A DNA stretch of 64,000 bases from an uncultured Rhodospirillales bacterium (GTDB lineage Bacteria > Pseudomonadota > Alphaproteobacteria > Acetobacterales > Acetobacteraceae): contig CAILMF010000041.1 of assembly GCA_903835235.1 (NCBI GenBank), positions 7,733-71,732 of the forward strand, given 5' to 3'. Made by a program: the position numbers and the translations under genes. Below, piece by piece: positions 60,677-64,000 of this stretch. Below the pieces are notes generated by a model, which was not told where the DNA came from, searched no databases, and was given only the letters and a program-made list of their open reading frames with translations. Numbering within the stretch: the first letter of the stretch is position 1; every line of letters starts with the position of its first letter.

Positions 60677-61534
60677 CTATTCCTCAACCTCGATGTCGGC
60701 GATCCAGCCGACCCGGCGCTCATAGTGCTTCGAGTACTTGGCGTTGATCAGGTCGGTCTTGACCACGATGCAGACATCCGTGGTGTTGAACTGTTCATCC
60801 AACACCGCGCCGTCACCGATGAAGCCGCCGAGCCGGAGATAGCCCTTGATCAGGGGCGGCAGGTCGTTCAGCGCGCGCATGCTGTTCACGGCGTCCGGCG
60901 GCAGCCGGTCCATCGGCACATAGCGTTCGGTCAGGGCGCGCGGCCGGATGTCCTCGGGCGCCAGGTGGTTGCGCCACAGATAGGTCAGCTGCGGCGCCAG
61001 CGCGGTCAGGTTGGTGCCGGGCAGGCTGGCGCAGCCGAACAACAGGTCCACGCGGTGCAGCAGCACATAGGCCGCGATGCCGCGCCACAGCAGCTGCATG
61101 GTGCCGCGGGTGCGATAATCCGTGGCGACGCAGGAACGGCCCAGTTCCATGATCTCGCCGGGCCGCTCGATCAGCTTGGCGACATCATACTCGGCCGAGG
61201 AATAAAACCGGCCGACCTTTGCCGCGGCGGGGCGGCGGATCAGCCGGTAGCAGCCGACGATCCCCTCCGGCCCATCGCCGAGGTCATGATCCACCACGAC
61301 CAGGTGGTCGGCGACCGCATCATATTCATCCACATCGCGCCGGCTGGCGGCAGTGGCGGCATCGGCCCGGGCGCCCATCTCGTCGTAGAATACGCGGTAG
61401 CGCAGCGCCTGCACCGCATCCACCTCGGCGGCGGTTTCGGCGATGCGCACCCCAAGGTTGTTGGAGCGCAATTCGACGAAGCCCACCTCGGCCAGGGGGA
61501 GCGGGTCGGGCGTCGCCAGGGGCTCGGCACTCAC
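60677..61534 (-). CDS. olsB: GNAT-type N-acyltransferase, ornithine-lipid synthase OlsB-like
   Basis: Track ORF of 285 aa. GTG start forming a GTGA overlap with the fur stop. ALRYRVFYDEMGA...HLVVVD...VGCYRLI...FYSSAEYD...LGRSCV...YR...LLWRGI and the GYLRLGG tail fit the OlsB/hemolysin-like acyltransferase family. Confidence 0.75.
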   Translation of the reverse strand: MSAEPLATPDPLPLAEVGFVELRSNNLGVRIAETAAEVDAVQALRYRVFYDEMGARADAATAASRRDVDEYDAVADHLVVVDHDLGDGPEGIVGCYRLIRRPAAAKVGRFYSSAEYDVAKLIERPGEIMELGRSCVATDYRTRGTMQLLWRGIAAYVLLHRVDLLFGCASLPGTNLTALAPQLTYLWRNHLAPEDIRPRALTERYVPMDRLPPDAVNSMRALNDLPPLIKGYLRLGGFIGDGAVLDEQFNTTDVCIVVKTDLINAKYSKHYERRVGWIADIEVEE

Positions 61535-62028
61535 GCGGTGCGTTCCCGCAGGCGGCGGCGTGGGGCGGGGGCAGGGGTCACCGGGCGGGTTTCCGGGAAT
61601 TTGCGGCCGAACAATTCCAGCCGGTGCCCGACCAATTCGAAGCCGAGGCGCGCCGCGATCTCGCGGGCCAATTCCTCATGCCGCTCATCCGAGAACTCCA
61701 GCACCCGGCCGCTGTCGATGTCGATCAGGTGATGATGCTCGCCATGCTCAGCGGGTTCATACCGGGCGCGGCCGCCGCCGAAATCGTGGCGTTCCAGGAT
61801 CCCCTTCTCCTCCAGCAGGCGCACCGTGCGGTAGACGGTGGCGATGGAGATGCGGCCATCCTGCGTCACCGCCCGGCGATACAATTCCTCGACATCGGGG
61901 TGGTCCTCGGCCTCGGACAGCACGCGGGCGATGAGCCGGCGTTGGCCGGTCATCTTCAGCCCGCGTTCCACGCACAGGCGCTCGATGCGGGACAGGTCCT
62001 GTGGGGCGATCGGCGCTCGAGTCTGCAT
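61531..62028 (-). CDS. fur: Fur-family metalloregulator of the alphaproteobacterial Cys-less Fur/Mur type
   Basis: Track ORF 61531..62298 trimmed to ATG 62028, giving 165 aa. IERLCVERGLKMTGQRRLIARVLSEAEDHPDVEELYRR...ISIATVYRTVRLLEEKGILERHDFGGGRARYE...HHHLIDIDSGRVLEF...HRLELFG is near-collinear with Bradyrhizobium Fur as I recall it. No CxxC pairs. Confidence 0.85.
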   Translation of the reverse strand: MQTRAPIAPQDLSRIERLCVERGLKMTGQRRLIARVLSEAEDHPDVEELYRRAVTQDGRISIATVYRTVRLLEEKGILERHDFGGGRARYEPAEHGEHHHLIDIDSGRVLEFSDERHEELAREIAARLGFELVGHRLELFGRKFPETRPVTPAPAPRRRLRERTA

Positions 62029-62260
62029 GCAGGGGGTGCAAGCTCTCCGTGAGGCGGGCCCGGTGCCCACCCTTGGTGTCCTGGGGGCACCATAGCCGGC
62101 CTGGACGCCGGCGGCCATCACCGAGCGTGATGGCCCCTGGTGATATAATGGAACCATGCGGGGCCATGGGTTTCGGCCGGTCACCTGGCCGCCGAAACCC
62201 TGGTATCCGCCGAAATCCTGGGCGTGCCGAACCTGCCCTGCCGGGCTGGCCGGCGGCTGA

Positions 62261-62731
62261 TCAGCCGGTCTTGGCCGGGCCGGTGGGCGCCGCGGCATCC
62301 CGCCGCGGACGCCCCGGGGGGCGGCCGCGCGGCTTGGTGCCCAGGCCGATCTTCTTGGCCAGCGAGGAGCGGTGCTTGGCGTAGTCGGGCGCTACCATCG
62401 GGTAGTCGGAGGACAGGCCCCAACGCTCGCGGTACTGCTCCGGCGTCATGTTGTAGCTGGTCTGCAGATGCCGCTTCAGCATCTTCAGCTTCTTGCCGTC
62501 TTCAAGGCAGATCAGGTAGCCCGGCGTGATCGACTTCTTCACCGGCACCGCGGGCTGCGGACGCTCCGGCTCCGGCTTGGCCTGCGGTACGCCGACATTG
62601 GACAGCGTGCGGTAGACTTCCTGGATCAGGTTGGGCAGATCGGTCAGTGCCACTGGATTGTTGGACACATGCGCCGCGACGATTTCGGCGGTCAGTCCCA
62701 ACAGGTCAGCATTTGCGGTTTGTTCGGGCAT
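62261..62731 (-). CDS. mucR: MucR/Ros-family transcriptional regulator
   Basis: Track ORF 62261..62773 trimmed to ATG 62731. LTAEIVAAHVSNNPV...ITPGYLICLEDGKKLKMLKRHLQTSYNMTPEQYRERWGLSSDYPMVAPDYAKHRSSLAKKIGLG. Confidence 0.9.
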   Translation of the reverse strand: MPEQTANADLLGLTAEIVAAHVSNNPVALTDLPNLIQEVYRTLSNVGVPQAKPEPERPQPAVPVKKSITPGYLICLEDGKKLKMLKRHLQTSYNMTPEQYRERWGLSSDYPMVAPDYAKHRSSLAKKIGLGTKPRGRPPGRPRRDAAAPTGPAKTG

Positions 62732-62766
62732 GGAAGACTGTGTCCCCTCGATTCGTGGCGGGTATA

Positions 62767-62790
62767 TTGCCATGAAAACCGGTTTGGCAA
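62767..62790. promoter_or_regulatory. 24-bp near-perfect palindrome TTGCCA(TG)AAACC|GGTTTGGCAA in the mucR / tusA-like divergent region
   Basis: Read directly. It has operator-like dyad symmetry with a perfectly palindromic AAACCGGTTT core. Confidence 0.35.
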
Positions 62791-62821
62791 CGCCTGCAAT
62801 CGATTTTTTGAACTACCGAGG

Positions 62822-63076
62822 ATGAAATCTGTGGATATGCAAGAACATCCAGTCGATCGGGAGTTGGATATCACGGCGGAGACTTGCCCGATGACCTTCG
62901 TCCGTACCCGCTTGGCGCTTGATAGGATGGCCAGCGGACAACTACTGCGGGTAAGGCTGAAGGGGGCGGAGCCCCGCGCCAACGTGCCGAAAACCGCGAC
63001 CGAACAAGGCCATGCCGTACTGGCCTGCGACGACCAGGCCGATGGCAGCACGTTGCTGGTGATCAGGAAGAACTGA
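62822..63076 (+). CDS. TusA/SirA-like sulfurtransferase-fold protein
   Basis: C-terminal part of track ORF 62372..63076. LDITAETCPMTFVRTRLALDRMASGQLLRVRLKG...VPKTATEQGHAVL fits the TusA fold with the conserved Cys. The start is ambiguous (ATG 62822, GTG 62831 or ATG 62837). Confidence 0.65.
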   Translation: MKSVDMQEHPVDRELDITAETCPMTFVRTRLALDRMASGQLLRVRLKGAEPRANVPKTATEQGHAVLACDDQADGSTLLVIRKN

Positions 63077-63506
63077 GGTCAGGCGCGATGCCGCGCCGCA
63101 TGACCTCCGCGTCTCGCCCTGGGCCATAATAGTCGCGGCGGCGGCCGACCGGAGAAAACCCCAACGCGGCATACAACCCCCGTGCTGGCAGGTTGTCGGC
63201 CGCTACTTCAAGAAACATGGTCGCGGCGGCACGGGCCTGGGCGCCCGCCAGCGCCGCCAGCAGCAGCGCGGCCCCCAGGCCCCGGCGACGCGCCGCCGGC
63301 ACCACGCCGATTGTCAGTATTTCCGCCTCGTCCACGGCCACCCTGGCCAGTACCAGGCCAGCATCCGGCTGCCACAGGCCAAAGGTGCCGGGCATTTCCA
63401 GCATCAGCCGCATGGCGTCGGCGCCCCAGGCCTCGGCGGGTGGGAAGGCCAGCCCGTGCAGCCCGGCCAGCGCCAGGGCGTCGGCGGGGCAGATCGGCAG
63501 GATCAC
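63063..63506 (-). CDS. rimI: ribosomal-protein-alanine N-acetyltransferase (GNAT)
   Basis: Track ORF of 147 aa. EILTIGVVPAARRRGLGAALL...FLEVAADNLPARGLYAALGF. It sits directly downstream of tsaB with a 4-nt overlap, the conserved tsaB-rimI arrangement. Confidence 0.8.
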   Translation of the reverse strand: MILPICPADALALAGLHGLAFPPAEAWGADAMRLMLEMPGTFGLWQPDAGLVLARVAVDEAEILTIGVVPAARRRGLGAALLLAALAGAQARAAATMFLEVAADNLPARGLYAALGFSPVGRRRDYYGPGRDAEVMRRGIAPDLSSS

Positions 63507-64000
63507 GGTTGCCGCACGGCCGGGGGTTCCACGTACATCGGCTGGGCCGGCAAGCCGGGCAGCGCCCCGGCCAGGCGTCGTGCCGCTACCCTGGCCACCG
63601 CGGCGGCTTCGGGCATTCGCGGCCCGGCCAGCAGCGTATTGGCGCCGCGCGCCGCCAGCCTGGCCGCCACCGCCAGCGCGGCATCGCCGGCCACCGCCAC
63701 CGGGCCGGCCGGGCGGGGCAGGGCGGCCTCGTCCATCGCCTGCGGCTCGCCCAGCGCCACGAGGTTGCCAAAGGGCGGGGCGGCGGCGAAGCGCTCCAGC
63801 ACCACCCGGCCGCGCCTGGTGTCCACGGCGGTCCAGACCTCTCGCCCGGCGCGCTGTTCCGCCGGCACCGCCTCGGCCAGCGCTTCCCCGGTGGTCACGC
63901 CGACCACGGGAATGCCCGCCCCCAGCGCCAGCCCTTCCGCCAGGGCCAGCGCGGTGCGGATGCCGGTGAAGCCGCCCGGCCCGACCACCGCCGCCACCGC
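63503..64000 (-). CDS. tsaB: tRNA t6A37 biosynthesis protein TsaB (YeaZ); 5' end outside the window
   Basis: Track ORF 63503..63997, with the frame open to the window edge. ...VVGPGGFTGIRTALALAEGLALGAGIPVVGVTT is the TsaB/YeaZ core. Confidence 0.8.
   Translation of the reverse strand, partial: AVAAVVGPGGFTGIRTALALAEGLALGAGIPVVGVTTGEALAEAVPAEQRAGREVWTAVDTRRGRVVLERFAAAPPFGNLVALGEPQAMDEAALPRPAGPVAVAGDAALAVAARLAARGANTLLAGPRMPEAAAVARVAARRLAGALPGLPAQPMYVEPPAVRQP

Noticed and set aside
61531-62028. Initial idea that this Fur-family protein is Irr because of the HHH motif
   Set aside because: As I recall Irr, its HHH triad has a different sequence context and Bradyrhizobium Irr carries an N-terminal haem-regulatory GCPWHD motif. 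This protein is instead near-collinear with the Cys-less alphaproteobacterial Fur/Mur (…MTGQRR.IARVL…HPDVEELYRR…HRLEL(Y/F)…). It is therefore called Fur/Mur-type.
62785-62799. TGGCAA...TGCAA read as a possible sigma54 (-24/-12) promoter
   Set aside because: The GG-to-GC spacing is 8 nt instead of the required 10, and no enhancer-binding-protein gene is nearby.
1-64000. Mobile elements, prophage, genomic-island borders, rRNA/tRNA genes, CRISPR arrays
   Set aside because: I recognised no transposase, integrase, phage-like ORFs, long terminal inverted repeats or direct-repeat arrays with spacers. The only dispersed repeats are the short palindromic elements reported above.

Overview
Very GC-rich (about 70% by eye) chromosomal segment. 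It most likely comes from an alphaproteobacterium, judging from a MucR/Ros regulator, a Cys-less Fur/Mur-type regulator, olsB and several Bug/TctC receptors; Acetobacteraceae/Roseomonas-like is only a guess. I call 57 protein genes. I saw no rRNA, tRNA, CRISPR array, transposase or integrase. Gene order: argD (partial); PRC-barrel gene plus a small exported protein; a NodT-mdtA-mdtB-mdtC RND efflux operon; lpxR; a sox-like operon without soxB (FCSD flavoprotein, soxX, SoxY-like with an AACIES C-terminus, soxZ, soxA); a Tat-exported IorAB-type molybdoenzyme; a catabolic block (dienelactone hydrolase, HAPMO-like Baeyer-Villiger monooxygenase, enoyl-CoA hydratase, TctC, MFS, LLM oxidoreductase); a gentisate dioxygenase operon; a surface-polysaccharide locus mixing Wzy/Wzz-type genes, a heparinase II/III-like protein, a 930-aa multi-SLBB Wza-like exporter and group-4-capsule-type YjbH/YjbF; a TAXI-TRAP transporter; a CBS-BON protein; an RTX-fused 5'-nucleotidase-like exoprotein; about 1 kb without genes that holds covarying palindromic repeats and a candidate sRNA; MFS and GST genes; a four-gene overlapped operon of unknown function (JmjC/cupin-4 oxygenase, OmpA-like protein, 5x Cys-pair repeat protein, EF-hand protein), which is my best candidate for an undescribed system; miaB-phoH-ybeY-corC; then a plsC/olsA-like gene, an opine-DH-like gene, fur-olsB, mucR, a tusA-like gene, rimI and tsaB (partial). 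Because of the GC content, nearly every real gene carries long antisense shadow ORFs in the track, and I discarded these. Many junctions use 4-nt ATGA/GTGA/TTGA start-stop overlaps, which helped me choose start codons. All family calls come from reading translations by eye; no searches were run.
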